Positions 39,290-50,963 of a DNA stretch of 64,000 bases are shown here, piece after piece. The notes below the pieces were generated by a model that was not told where the DNA came from, ran no database searches, and was given only the letters and a program-made list of their open reading frames with translations. Source of the DNA: Macrostomum lignano (Eukaryota); assembly GCA_002269645.1 (NCBI GenBank), contig NIVC01003773.1, positions 13,533 through 77,532 on the forward strand, read 5' to 3'. Position 1 is the first letter of the stretch, and each line of letters starts with the position of its first letter. The position numbers and the translations under genes are program-made.

Positions 39290-39530
39290 AGGGAGGAGAG
39301 TAGACGAGGGGAGATGAGATGAAAGGAGAGGAGAGAGAAGTGAGAGGGAAGGAGAGGAGAGGAGATGAGATGAGAGAGAAGCGAGAGAAGATAAGATGAG
39401 ATGAGATGAGAGGGGAGAGAAGTGAGAGGAGAGGAGAGGAGAGGAGATAAGATGAGATGAGAGGTGAGATGAGGGAGAGAGAAGTGAGAGAGGAGAGGAG
39501 AGAAGAAAAAAAGAGTTGAAATTAGAGAAA
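39290..39530. repeat. Purine-rich (GA/GGA/GAT) low-complexity tract
   Basis: Direct reading. Confidence 0.85.
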
Positions 39531-39680
39531 AGGGAGTTCATACTCTTTCAGACTAAGAAGAGACAGCCTTGAAGAGCGGGCAATCCCCTGCATGACTTAA
39601 TCAGTAGTTTATACGAACATAAGCACTGTTATGTAATAATTGACAGGTTCGCAAACTAAAAAGTTATTTAAACTAGCAAA

Positions 39681-42600
39681 TCAGGCTTGCTCTAAGCATT
39701 CTTTAATAGCGGCAATAGCTTGGGCCAATTTAATGGCCGGGCCCAATGGCATTTTGAGTATGCTCAACAGATCCACCTGTTGCAGGTGTAGAAACGCATC
39801 GCCGTCAATCTCTTCAACAATGAAAGCGTCGGCGAAAGGTTCGCAGCCGGGTAGTTGACGTACTAAGTCGCTAGTTTCGGCTACGGACCATCTGGGCACT
39901 TCAGACACGTCAATACTAGCTAGAGAAGGTATGAGCTGAGTGTGCTCAGGCCACACCAACGGCCCAGTGTCTTTGCAAGGATTGTATTGAGAAATGCTAG
40001 GCGAAAATACGCTCCGATAGAATGGACAACCAGGCGAGCCGGGACGCTGATGATGAGGCGATGCTTGGCGACTAGACTGATTTGGAAATGCCGAGTTGCC
40101 CTGGGACGATCGTTTGTTCGATAATTTAGATCCTCGAATAGCTTGCTGATCATTCGGCTGCTGAGCTCCACCAGAGGCAGCTTCATCAGCCTCCAATTCT
40201 AATCTGTCAGGCAATTCCCGATGCGAGTTCCGTTCAGCGTAGGGGCAGCTTTTAATGCTTGAATGACTTTTATAACCCGGACCTTTGACGTGGCCTAGGC
40301 CGCGGCAGCCAACGGTTGGACAGGTGAACTTCTCGCTATCGTGCCAGGTAGGCAGCGGCTCCAAGGGATGGCCGGTTCGATGACAATAGCCAACTGGCAG
40401 CAGCTCCATCGAGCTGTCCAGCGTGATGAAAGCGAATTTCTCGCCCCAGCCGTCTGGTAGGATTTGTAGAAATCCCGGATAAGGATTGGGATCAACTACG
40501 GTGCCAATGCGGACTAGGCGAGTGTTGCGAGGATCAACGAATTCCAGCTTCATGCCCAGATCGAATGGGATCGGTTGGCGAGGCCGGAATGCGGCCGGCA
40601 TCACCGGTTCCGAACAGGTGCTCTCCAGGTAGCGATCCCAGGTGAATACCTGGGGATTAGCATTTTTGTCAGTTGTTAAATTAGATATGACATGAAGAAT
40701 TGGGCACCATTCTTAGTGAGGATTAGCGATTCTCGCTGGGGATTAGCGATTCGAAATGAGGATTACCGATTCAAAATGGGAATTAGCGATTCCTAATAAT
40801 GAGGATTAGCGATTCAAAATGGGAATTAGTGATTCCTAATAATGAGGATTAGCGATACCTAATGAGGATTAGCGATTTCCAATAAGGATTAGCGATTCCT
40901 AATAATGAGGATTAGCGATTCAAAGTGGGAATTAGCGATTCCTAATGAGGATTAGCGATACCTAATGAGGATTAGCGATTTCCAATGGGGATTAGCGAAA
41001 CCTAATGAGGATTAGCGATTTCCAATAAGGATTAGCGATTCCTAATAATGAGGATTAGCGATTCAAAGTGGGAATTAGCGATTCCTAATGAGGATTAGCG
41101 ATTTCTAATGAGGATTAGCGATTTCCAATGAGAATTAGCAATTCCCATTGGGGATTAGCGATTCCTAATGAGGATTAGCGATTTCTAATGAGGATTAGCG
41201 ATTCCCAATGAGGATTAGCGATTCCCATTTGGAACTAGCGATTCCTAATGAGGATTAGCGACTCCTAATGAGGATTAACGACTCCTATTGAGGATTAACG
41301 ACTCCTATTGAGGATTAGCGACTCCTATTGAGGATTAACGACTCCTATTGAGGATTAGCGACTCCTATTGAGGATTAGCGACTCCTATTGAGGATTAACG
41401 ACTCCTATTGAGGATTAGCGATTCCTATAATGAGGATTACCGACTCCTATTGAGGATTAACGACTCCTATTGAGGATTAGCGATTCCTATAATGAGGATT
41501 ACCGACTCCTATTGAGGATTAACGACTCCTATTGAGGATTAGCGATTCCTATTTGGAACTAGCGATTCCTATTGAGGATTAGCGACTCCTATTGAGGATT
41601 AGCGACTCCTATTGAGGATTAACGACTCCTATTGAGGATTAACGACTCCTATTGAGGATTAACGACTCCTATTGAGGATTAGCGACTCCTATTGAGGATT
41701 AGCGACTCCTATTGAGGATTAGCAACTCCTATTGAGGATTAGCGACTCCTATTGAGGATTAGCGACTCCTATTGAGGATTAGCGCTTCCCAATTCATATA
41801 AATGGCATGCATTGAGACGCGAGCCGCACTCACCTGCCGGCACCACTCCTCGGGCAGTGACAGAGCTCTGTCGTGCTGCTCGCACCAGCCCACAGGGTGT
41901 ATAGTTGGCGAATCAACTTTAGTCCAAAAGTCGTACGTGTTATCCCAACCGTCGAAATGGATGCATATCCGATTGGCCATTACTATAGCAACGGTTGCTA
42001 CGCAGATGTGATCGGGATTGCGCGGATCCACGGCTTCGAGTTTTTGGCCTTCAGAGAAACCGTGATCGGGCAGCGGGAGATCCCAGGGCACAGAGAATAG
42101 GCACCTGTTGAATTGCAGGCATGTAATAAATCATATCGTACATTCGAACATATCCTGTTCAGAAACTCATGCTAAAATTGCACCTTAAATGATTGTATAG
42201 AGTTTAATAAGCAGAATTTTATAATCTGTCTAAAATTTTCCAGACTCGATTTGACTTTTTTTGACATACGAATCTCTTTCACAAATCTATTGTACTATCG
42301 ATTTGGATCCTAAGTTTTTGCAAGGATCCCGGAATTTCAAGATTTGGGATCCCAGGATTTCGGGATTTCGAATTCTGAGATTTAAGATCCCGGGATTTCG
42401 AGATTGGGATCCAGGGATTTCAGGATTTGGAATTTCGGCAATTGGGATTTTGGGATTCGGGATCTTGGGATCCCGTGGTTTCGGGATTTCGGATCCCTGG
42501 ATTTCGGGATGAGGGATCCCGTGGTTTAGGGAATTGGAATCTCCGAATTTCGGGATTTGGGATCTCGTGGTTTAGGGATTTTGAATTTTGGGATTAGGGA

Positions 42601-45224
42601 TCCCGTGGTTTCAGGATTTCGGATTTCTGGATTTCGGGATTTAGGATCCCGTGGTTTCAGGAATTGGGATCCCTGGATTTCGGGATTTGGGATCCCGTGG
42701 TTTCAGGAATTGGGATCCCTGGATTTCGGGATTTAGGATCCCGTGGTTTCAGGAATTGGGATCCCTGGATTTCGGGATTTGGGATCCCGTGGTTTCAGGA
42801 ATTGGGATCCCTGGATTTCGGGATTTAGGATCCCGTGGTTTCAGGAATTGGGATCCCTGGATTTCGGGATTTGGGATCTCGTGGTTTCGGGATTTTGGGA
42901 TCCTGTGGCTTCGGAAATTGGGATCCCGGATTTCGGGATTTTGGATTTTGGGATTAAGAATCCTATGGTTTCGAGGTTTTGGATCCTTGGATATTTCAGA
43001 ATTTGGGATCCTGGGATTTCAGTATTCGGGATCCCCGTTGTTTTGGTGCTAGGATTCTGACTGTGAAACGATGTCGTCGGGAGCGTTGCGCCAGGGTGCC
43101 AGCAGCCCTCCTGTGTATAGTATATTACACTGTGATACACTATTTTATATTACTATTGTGTATGCATATACAAAACGAACCTTGGAACTGCTCGCAGCTT
43201 ATTAGTCATGATATAATCGAACCAATTGAAACTGCCAGCCTCGTAGCCTTTAGGCGGCTGCAACGGGAATCCATTGTGCTTAGCCCAGCCAACCGGAAAC
43301 AGGAAGGGCGAATCCGCACTGCACCAAAAGTCGTGCAACTCTGTGTAGCCTTCAAAATGCAACCGCAGCCTGCAGCCCTGAATTTCGCTAATACTTAAAC
43401 AACAAATCAACGACTCGTGACACGGATCGACGCCTTCCAGCACCATGCCGAGTTCGAACTCCGACATACGATTCCTAATCAGATGCGAATGAGTCGAAAA
43501 GAAGCGCTCCGGTGCCGCTTGGCTAGTTGTGTCTTTCAGATACTTTTTCCACAGGAACACGCCATTTGGGGCGTGGTATTTGCCTGCCTGTTCAACGTCA
43601 ACTTGACAGATTTGGAATCGTTTCTGCTTCTGCTGCTGTTGCTGCTGTTGCAGATCATTGGCGCTGCTATCCTCGCTGCGTTTCCGTTTCCGACACACAT
43701 TAATAAACGCAGTGGTAATAGGCGGCAACTTTGAGCACGATTCTGTGCAATATTCGCCTGCTCCGTCTAATGAGCCGCGAATTTGGCCTTCAGAGCCGCA
43801 GCTACGACAGACGAATCGCTGCTCACCGCTTCCACCATTCTGCTGGCCTAAATTTGCCAATGACACATGCCGATCGTCAGTTACCATGGGAACAGTGGAA
43901 CCGCTCGAGTCTCTATCGGCGCTAGTGTGCCTACTACGCAAATCGGCTTCCTCGTCAGTGAAATCGTCTTCTAATAACTCTAAAATGCCGTTAGTCTTAC
44001 GGAAACGCAACCCGGTGCCAGGTAAATAGCCGCAATCGTCTTGCCAGATTAAATCTTCACCAACGCTAGCTGGTGAATGGCACAGACGCGAATTTAATTG
44101 AGCGTGTGGATCTAGAGATTTAATCTCCTTGTCAAAGTCTATAGGAGTTGGCGACGGCGGTCGAGGCTGCGGCTGGGGCGGCGGCGGCGGCTCATTCTTT
44201 GACTGCTGCTGTGTCACAGGCGTACCAGGCAAAGTGCCATTAACAATGACAGTTGGACGACAATTCGACTGCGCAGATGGAGAAGGAGGAGCCAAACGCT
44301 GTTGCTGTTGCGGAGTCTTTGGCCTAGTCTTCTGTATAAGCTTTGAGGCCATTTCTGATAAATCTAATTGAGCTTGAGCTTGAGTAGCGCACGAATTTGA
44401 TGGCTTCTTATCAGATGCTGAAGCTCTTTGCTGCTGCAGTTGTTGTACGCCTCTTTTAGAAGACAATTCGCTCATTTCTACAACCACAGGCTTTGGCAGA
44501 GGCTGTTTTTGTTGCTGCCTAAACGGTGCAATTGGTCTAAATGCGCTAAACCGAGCACTACTATTAGTATCAGTAATGCTGGCTACCGAGACCTTTGTAA
44601 CAGCAGTTGTAGAGGCCACTGTAGACGCTGGCCTAGCTTGAAAAACTGATATGATACCAGGCGAAGATACGCTTACAGCAAGTGGCATCTGGGCAATGGA
44701 GACGGCTGTAACTTCTGGAGGAAGCGACGTTTGCTGAATACCAAAGCCAGACTGCTGCTGCGGCTGCTGGAGTGGTGGCACTCGGCAAACAGGAAGTGGA
44801 GCGGCCACAGTTGTCACTCTCGGCGATATTGGCAGACGATTAGACTGTTGCTGCTTATTAGAGGAACTCGAACAAGACGAAGCCGACGATTTCTTAGAAA
44901 GATCGTAAACAACGTTATTAGAATTGGACGACAATGAGATAACATCTGAATAGACTGTTTTAGTAACGTGAGCCGGTTGTATAAAAGCGGGAGTTGATTG
45001 CTGGTGAGCAATAGCTGTTTGCCTGCTTACTGGCTGCACTGCTGGCTTAGCGGCTATCAGCTGATGATGCGAATGATGAAGCTGCTTCGGCGGCGGCGGT
45101 GGAGGTGGAGGTGGAGGAGGAGGCGCCGGAGCTGATAAAAGCCTTGGTGGCGCTACGTAAGGCGCCGGTCTAAGCGCGGGCGGCGTTGACCAAATTGACG
45201 CCACAGCTGCAAAGTGCTGCTGAG

Positions 45225-45277
<53 letters not shown>

Positions 45278-45672
45278 GAGGTATGCTGACGATGATGGTG
45301 ATGATGGTGTGGAGAAGAGAGCGGCGGCTGCAGCTGCTGCTGCAGAGGCGTCGGTCGCGGAAGCAGAGGCGGCAACGGTGAAGCGGCAGCAGCGGCAGCC
45401 GCAGCCGCTGCGGCCATATTAGGTAAGGCGTAGGGCGACATAGACACTGCATAGGGTAGCTGAGATCGCTGTTGCTGCTGCAGATGCTGATGAAGCTGCA
45501 GAGCGGCAGCCTGAGCAGGCTGAATTGGTGTCAGAGCAGGAGGCAATGGACAGTTGGCAGTGACAGGCGCATGATGCTGCTGATGACTAGCACTAGTAGG
45601 ACGCGGTGCGAGAGCCGGCGGATGGCTTGTCCGATCCCGATGATGATGCTGCTGATTTGAACGAGGTTCCAT
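39681..45672 (-). CDS. L3MBTL: Lethal(3)malignant brain tumor-like Polycomb protein (L3MBTL1/3/4 type): Q/P-rich N-terminus, C2C2 finger, 3 MBT repeats, C2HC finger, SAM domain; about 1243 aa. Exons 45672-43181, 42104-41834, 40649-39681
   Basis: LIWQDDCGYLPGTGLRF is the L3MBTL N-terminal motif. Three MBT repeats: FELGMVLEGVDP...RLRLHFEGY...DFW...FPVGW; GFSEGQKLEAVDPRN...IHFDGWD...IHPVGW; FDLGMKLEFVDPRN...PVGYC. Also CPTVGCRGLGH...H...CP (C2HC finger) and WSVAETSDLV...EEIDGDAFLHL...MPLGPAIKL (SAM). Phases 2 and 0 are consistent. Confidence 0.92.
40715..41785. repeat. 20-23-bp minisatellite GAGGATTAGCGACTCCTATT, L3MBTL intron
   Basis: Diverged units at the left end become strict 20-bp units from about 41250. 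Confidence 0.95.
42310..43035. repeat. 46-bp minisatellite (2 x 23 bp, GGATCC cores), L3MBTL intron
   Basis: GGGATCCCGTGG at 42689 and 42781 (2 x 46); degenerate flanks. Confidence 0.88.
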
Positions 45673-47259
45673 GTGACTGGAAAACCAAAGTATCAAATTT
45701 TATATTTAAAAACTGTCAGAGATATAGCCTACTGATTAGTAGCAAAGAAAGAATATTTATTGCAAGGGATTGGAAAACTTTTTTACTTCAATGGCCAGAT
45801 AGATGAGAGAAAAGTTAAGAAAGCTGAAAGAGACACAAACCTTAGGTGGGCCAGATTGTCATAGTAAAGTTTTAAAGGACCCAAGGGCCAGGTAGAGAGG
45901 CTTTGTAGGCTGCATGTGGCCTACATCTGAATTATTTTACAAATCATTGATATAGTGAACCATATTTATAGTGCATCCAAAAAATAATAAAAACTGCAAC
46001 TAAAAACATAAAATGAAATAGAACTTAAGGATTTATGTGGCTTTTTCTATTGGCAAAATGGTATATGTAAGTCACTATTCTTTTTTTATTAGACCTATAT
46101 GTTAACTTGCCATGAGAATGGTCAAGGACTAATAGTCATACATGCCCAACAACTGGCTGACCCTGCTGATTCAACTAGGTGGAAGGTAGTGAGAGGTCTG
46201 GCCAAGATAATTTGCAAAAATGCCAACCCAAAAAATTGACAAAAAGAGGGGAAGCAAGAAAAAAACACAGGGAAAAGAGAGGCAAAGAATGAACAAAATG
46301 AAGGGAAACAAAAGGAAAAAACCCTGTTGCAACCAAGGACAACTAAGTTATAGCCAGAGGCAATTAAGTTAGCTAGAGACAATTGAATTGAAACTAAAGG
46401 CAATTGAGTTGCAACAAGAGGCAACTAGTAAAAAGAGCTTATCATATATTCAAAAGCAAAATCATTAAAGTATAAGATATAGAAAAATGGAAAATAATGA
46501 AGAAAAGTAAGGAGTATATTTGCATTAAAAGAAGATAACAAAAAGCTGTTATTAATGGGACCTCAAAAAGATCATTTATATAACCTCCAAAAAGGTCCAT
46601 CTTTGTTGCAACCCCAAAAGCTACAATTTTTGTAAAAATTTATTCATATTAGCTAAGCAATATTCTAAATTTGGCCATGTATGCTAATAGTAAAATCCTA
46701 TATACTAAAAATGAAATGTCTGTAGCTATGCGATAGATTTCAGAAAAATTGGCTCAACCGATTTTCTTCAAACTTGCACCATTCGATCAGAAATTTTCCT
46801 GGGACGGTACATGCATCTTGGCTAAGAAATTGCTTAATGTTAAAGGGATTAAATATTCGAAAAACATGCTTTTTTGCAAAGGTCAAGCCAAATTTTTGAC
46901 TTGAAATGCATTGTAGGAATGCTAGAGAAAAAACTGACTGGCTGAATTACGATCGTGATAAAGATTGCATCACAACAAGTTGAAAACAGTGTCAAAGAAA
47001 TGCACACACGACTTGATTTAAATTGCGTAACCATATTGCTAACTTGAATTGAGACTGATACTGGCTGACTGAGAAATTGATTATGTCACAACTTTCTACT
47101 TCAATTGACTTGCTGTAAGAATTGAATTATAAGGGCCACAATTCATGTTCTCCAATTGAAAAGAGATAGCCGGATGCAAACAGACTGGAATGCTAATGTA
47201 GCGACCTGGGTTCGAATCTTAGTAGTGAAAAATGTTTTTTTTATTAAAACACCTTAAAA

Positions 47260-49250
47260 AACACAAAATTCTAAACATTAAAGATCCACCATTTCAAACA
47301 TTAAAGAGCCACAATGTCAAACATTTAAGAGCCAACATTTCAAACCTAAAAGAGCCACCATGTCGAACATTAAAGAGCCACCATGTCGAACATAAAAGAG
47401 CCACCATATCAAACATAAAAGAGTTACCATGTCAAACATTAAAGAGCCACCATGTCGAACATTAAAGAGCCACAATGTCAAACATTAAAGAGCCACCATT
47501 TCAAACCTAAAAGAGCCACCATGTCGAACATTAAAAAGCCACCAACTCAAACATTAAAAAGCCACCATGTCAAACATTAAAGAGACACCATTTCAAACCT
47601 AAAAGAGTTACCATGTCAAACATTAAAGAGCCGCCATGTCAAACATAAAACAGACACCATTAAGAACATTAAAGAGCCACCATGTCGAACATTAAAGAGC
47701 CAGATGTCAAACATAAAACAGCCACCATTTCGAAAATTAAAGAGCCACCATTTTAAACATTAAAGAGCCACCTTATCAAACATTAAAGAGCCACCATGTC
47801 GAACATAAAAGAGCCACCATGTAGAACATAAAAGAGTCACCATGTCAAACATTAAAGAGCCACCATGTAAAACATTAAAGAGCCACCATGTCGAACATAA
47901 AAGAGGTACCATGTCAAACATTAAAGACCCACCAGGTCAAACATGAAAGTGCCACCATGTCAAATATTAAAAAGCCACCATGTCAAACATTAAAGAGCCA
48001 CCAGGTCAAACATGAAAGTGCCACCATATAAAACATTAAAGAGCCACCATGTCAAACATTAAAGAGACACCAGGTCAAACATATACATGACTCCATGTCA
48101 AACATTAAAGAGCCACCATGTCGAACATAAAAGGGCCACCATGTCAAATATTAAAGAGCCACCATGTCAAACATTAAAGAGCCACCAGGTCAAACATGAA
48201 AGTGCCACCATGTAAAACATTAAAGAGCCACCATGTCGAACATTTAAGAACCACCATGTCAAACATAAAATAGCCACCATGTGAAACATATAGGTGACTC
48301 CATGTAAAACATTAAAGAGCTACCATATCAGACATATACATGACTCCATGTCAAACATATACGTGACTCCATGTTAGACATTAAAGAGCCACCATGTCGA
48401 ACATTAAAGAGCCAACGTGTTAAAAATACAAGAGCCACCATGTCAAACATATACATGACTCCATGTCAAACATTGAAGAGACACCATGTCGAACATAAAA
48501 GAGCCACCATGCAAAACATAAAAGAGCCACCATGTCTAACATTAAAGAGCCACCATGGCAAACATATACATGACTCTATGTCGAACAATCAAGAGCCACC
48601 ATGTCAAACATATACATGACTCCATGTCAAACGTTAAAGAGACACCATGTCAAACATTAAAGAGCCACCATGTCAAACATTTAAGAGCCACCAGGTCAAA
48701 CATGAAAGTGCCACCATGTAAAACATTAAAGAGCCACCATGTCAAACATATACGTAACTCCATGTCAAACATTGAAGAGACCCCATGTCAAACATTAAAG
48801 AGCCACCACGTCGAACATAAAAGAGCCACCATGTAAAACATATACGTAACTCCATGTCAAACATTGAAGTGACACCATGTCGAACATAAAAGAGCCACCA
48901 TGTCGAACATTAAAGAGCCACCATGTCGAACATAAAAGAGCTACCATGTCAAACATAAAAGAGCCACCATTTCGAACATTAAAGAGCCACCATTTCGAAC
49001 ATTAAAGAGCCACCATGTCAAACATAATAGAGCCACCATGTCAAACATTAAAAAGCCACTTTGTCAAACATAGAAGAGCCCCCATGTCAAACATAGAAGA
49101 GCCCCCATGTCAAACATAGAAGAGCCCCCATGTCAAACATAGAAGAGCCACTATGTCAGACATTGAAAAGCCACCGTATCAAACATAAAAGAGTTACCAT
49201 GTACGAGCGTAGAACATAAAAGAGCCACCCTGTTAAACATAAAAGATACA
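47260..49250. repeat. Diverged 23-bp satellite GAGCCACCATGTCAAACATTAAA
   Basis: About 85 copies with many substitutions and recurring variant blocks. Confidence 0.93.
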
Positions 49251-49334
49251 CAATTTCAAACGTAAAAGTAAGCGAATTTTAAAGGAGCCGCTATAATGCT
49301 AAGGAAATTGTCGCACTAGCTACTTATTGTCTGG

Positions 49335-50825
49335 TGGATGCTTGCTATTTGGGGATGCTATCTATCTTGGGGATGCTTGCTATCTGGGGGATGCTTGCTA
49401 TCTGGGGATGCTTGCTATCTGGGGGATGCTTGCTATCTGGGGGATGCTTGCTATCTGGGGGATGCTTGCTATCTGGGGGTTGCTTGCTATCTGAGGGATG
49501 CTTGCTATCTTGGGGATGCTTGCTATCTGGGGGATGCTTGCTATCTGGGGGATGCTTGCTATCTTGGGGATGCTTGCTATCTGGGGGATGCTTGCTATCT
49601 TGGGGATGCTTGCTATCTTGGGGATGCTTGCTATCTGGGGATGCTTGCTATCTGGGGGATGCTTGCTATCTGGGGGATGCTTGCAATCTGGGGGATGCTT
49701 GCTATCTGGGGGATGCTTGCTATCTTGGGGATGCTTGCTATCTGGGGGATGCTTGCTATCTGGGGGATGCTTGCTATCTGGGGGATGCTTGCTATCTGGG
49801 GGATGCTTGCTATCTGGGGGATGCTTGCTATCTGGGGGATGCTTGCTATCTGGGGGTTGCTTGCTATCTGGGGGATGCTTGCTATCTGAGGGATGCTTGC
49901 TATCTGGGGGATGCTTGCTATCTGGGGGATGCTTGCTATCTGGGGGATGCTTGCTATCTTGGGGATGCTTGCTATCTGGGGGATGCTTGCTATCTTGGGG
50001 ATGCTTGCTATCTTGGGGATGCTTGCTATCTGGGGGATGCTTGCTATCTGGGGGATGCTTGCTATCTGGGGGATGCTTGCTATCTGGGGGATGCTTGCAA
50101 TCTGGGGGATGCTTGCTATCTTGCGGATGCTTGCTATCTGGGGGATGCTTGCTATCTTGGGGATGCTTGCTATCTGGGGGATGCTTGCTATCTGGGGGAT
50201 GCTTGCTATCTGGGGGATGCTTGCTATCTTGGGGATGCTTGCTATCTGGGGGATGCTTGCTATCTGGGGGATGCTTGCTATCTGGGGGATGCTTGCTATC
50301 TGGGGGATGCTTGCTATCTGGGGGATGCTTGCTATCTTGGGGATGCTTGCTATCTGGGGGATGCTTGCTATCTGGGGGATGCTTGCTATCTGGGGGATGC
50401 TTGCTATCTGGGGGATGCTTGCTATCTGGGGGATGCTTGCTATCTGGGGGATGCTTGCTATCTGAGGGATGCTTGCTATCTGGGGGATGCTTGCAATCTG
50501 GGGGATGCTTGCTATCTTGGGGATGCTTGCTATCTGGGGATGCTTGCTATCTGGGGGATGCTTGCTATCTGGGGGATGCTTGCTATCTGGGGGATGCTTG
50601 CTATCTGGGGGATGCTTGCTATCTGGGGATGCTTGCTATCTGGGGGATGCTTGCTATCTGAGGGATGCTTGCTATCTTGGGGATGCTTGCTATCTGGGGG
50701 ATGCTTGCAATCTGGGGGATGCTTGCTATCTGGGGGATGCTTGCCATCTTGGGGATGCTTGCTATCTAGGGGATGCTTGCTATCTAGGGGATGCTTGCTA
50801 TCTGGGGGATGCTTGCAGTCTTGGG
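49335..50825. repeat. 18-bp minisatellite TATCTGGGGGATGCTTGC
   Basis: About 83 copies; 6-aa periodicity (GDACYL) in the ORF track. Confidence 0.97.
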
Positions 50826-50963
50826 ATGATTTCTTTTTGCAATGCACTTCATTTGAGCAGTTTGTCTGTTGTCTTTTTGAAGGATTTTTGGCTGTCTTTT
50901 TGTTACTTGTAGAAAACAGAGATTCTATCCAGATGTCCCCCATCGGGGGGCGAAGATTGCTAG

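Larger units (their letters stand above)
46696..50963 (+). mobile_element. Candidate non-autonomous Helitron-like element carrying two minisatellite arrays
   Basis: The 5' end is A|TCCTATATACTAAAAATG...AACCGATTTT...AAACTTG, with a TC start after A. The candidate 3' end is a CCCCC-ATC-GGGGG hairpin (50937-50949), 10 nt, then CTAG (50960-50963), followed by T. No Rep/helicase ORF. That both ends belong to one element is inferred. Confidence 0.5.

Noticed and set aside
47260-49250. Tandem perfect vertebrate Kozak sequences (GCCACCATG) in the monomer
   Set aside because: Striking, but the array is non-genic, diverged and full of stops, and the motif is not conserved across units; likely chance.
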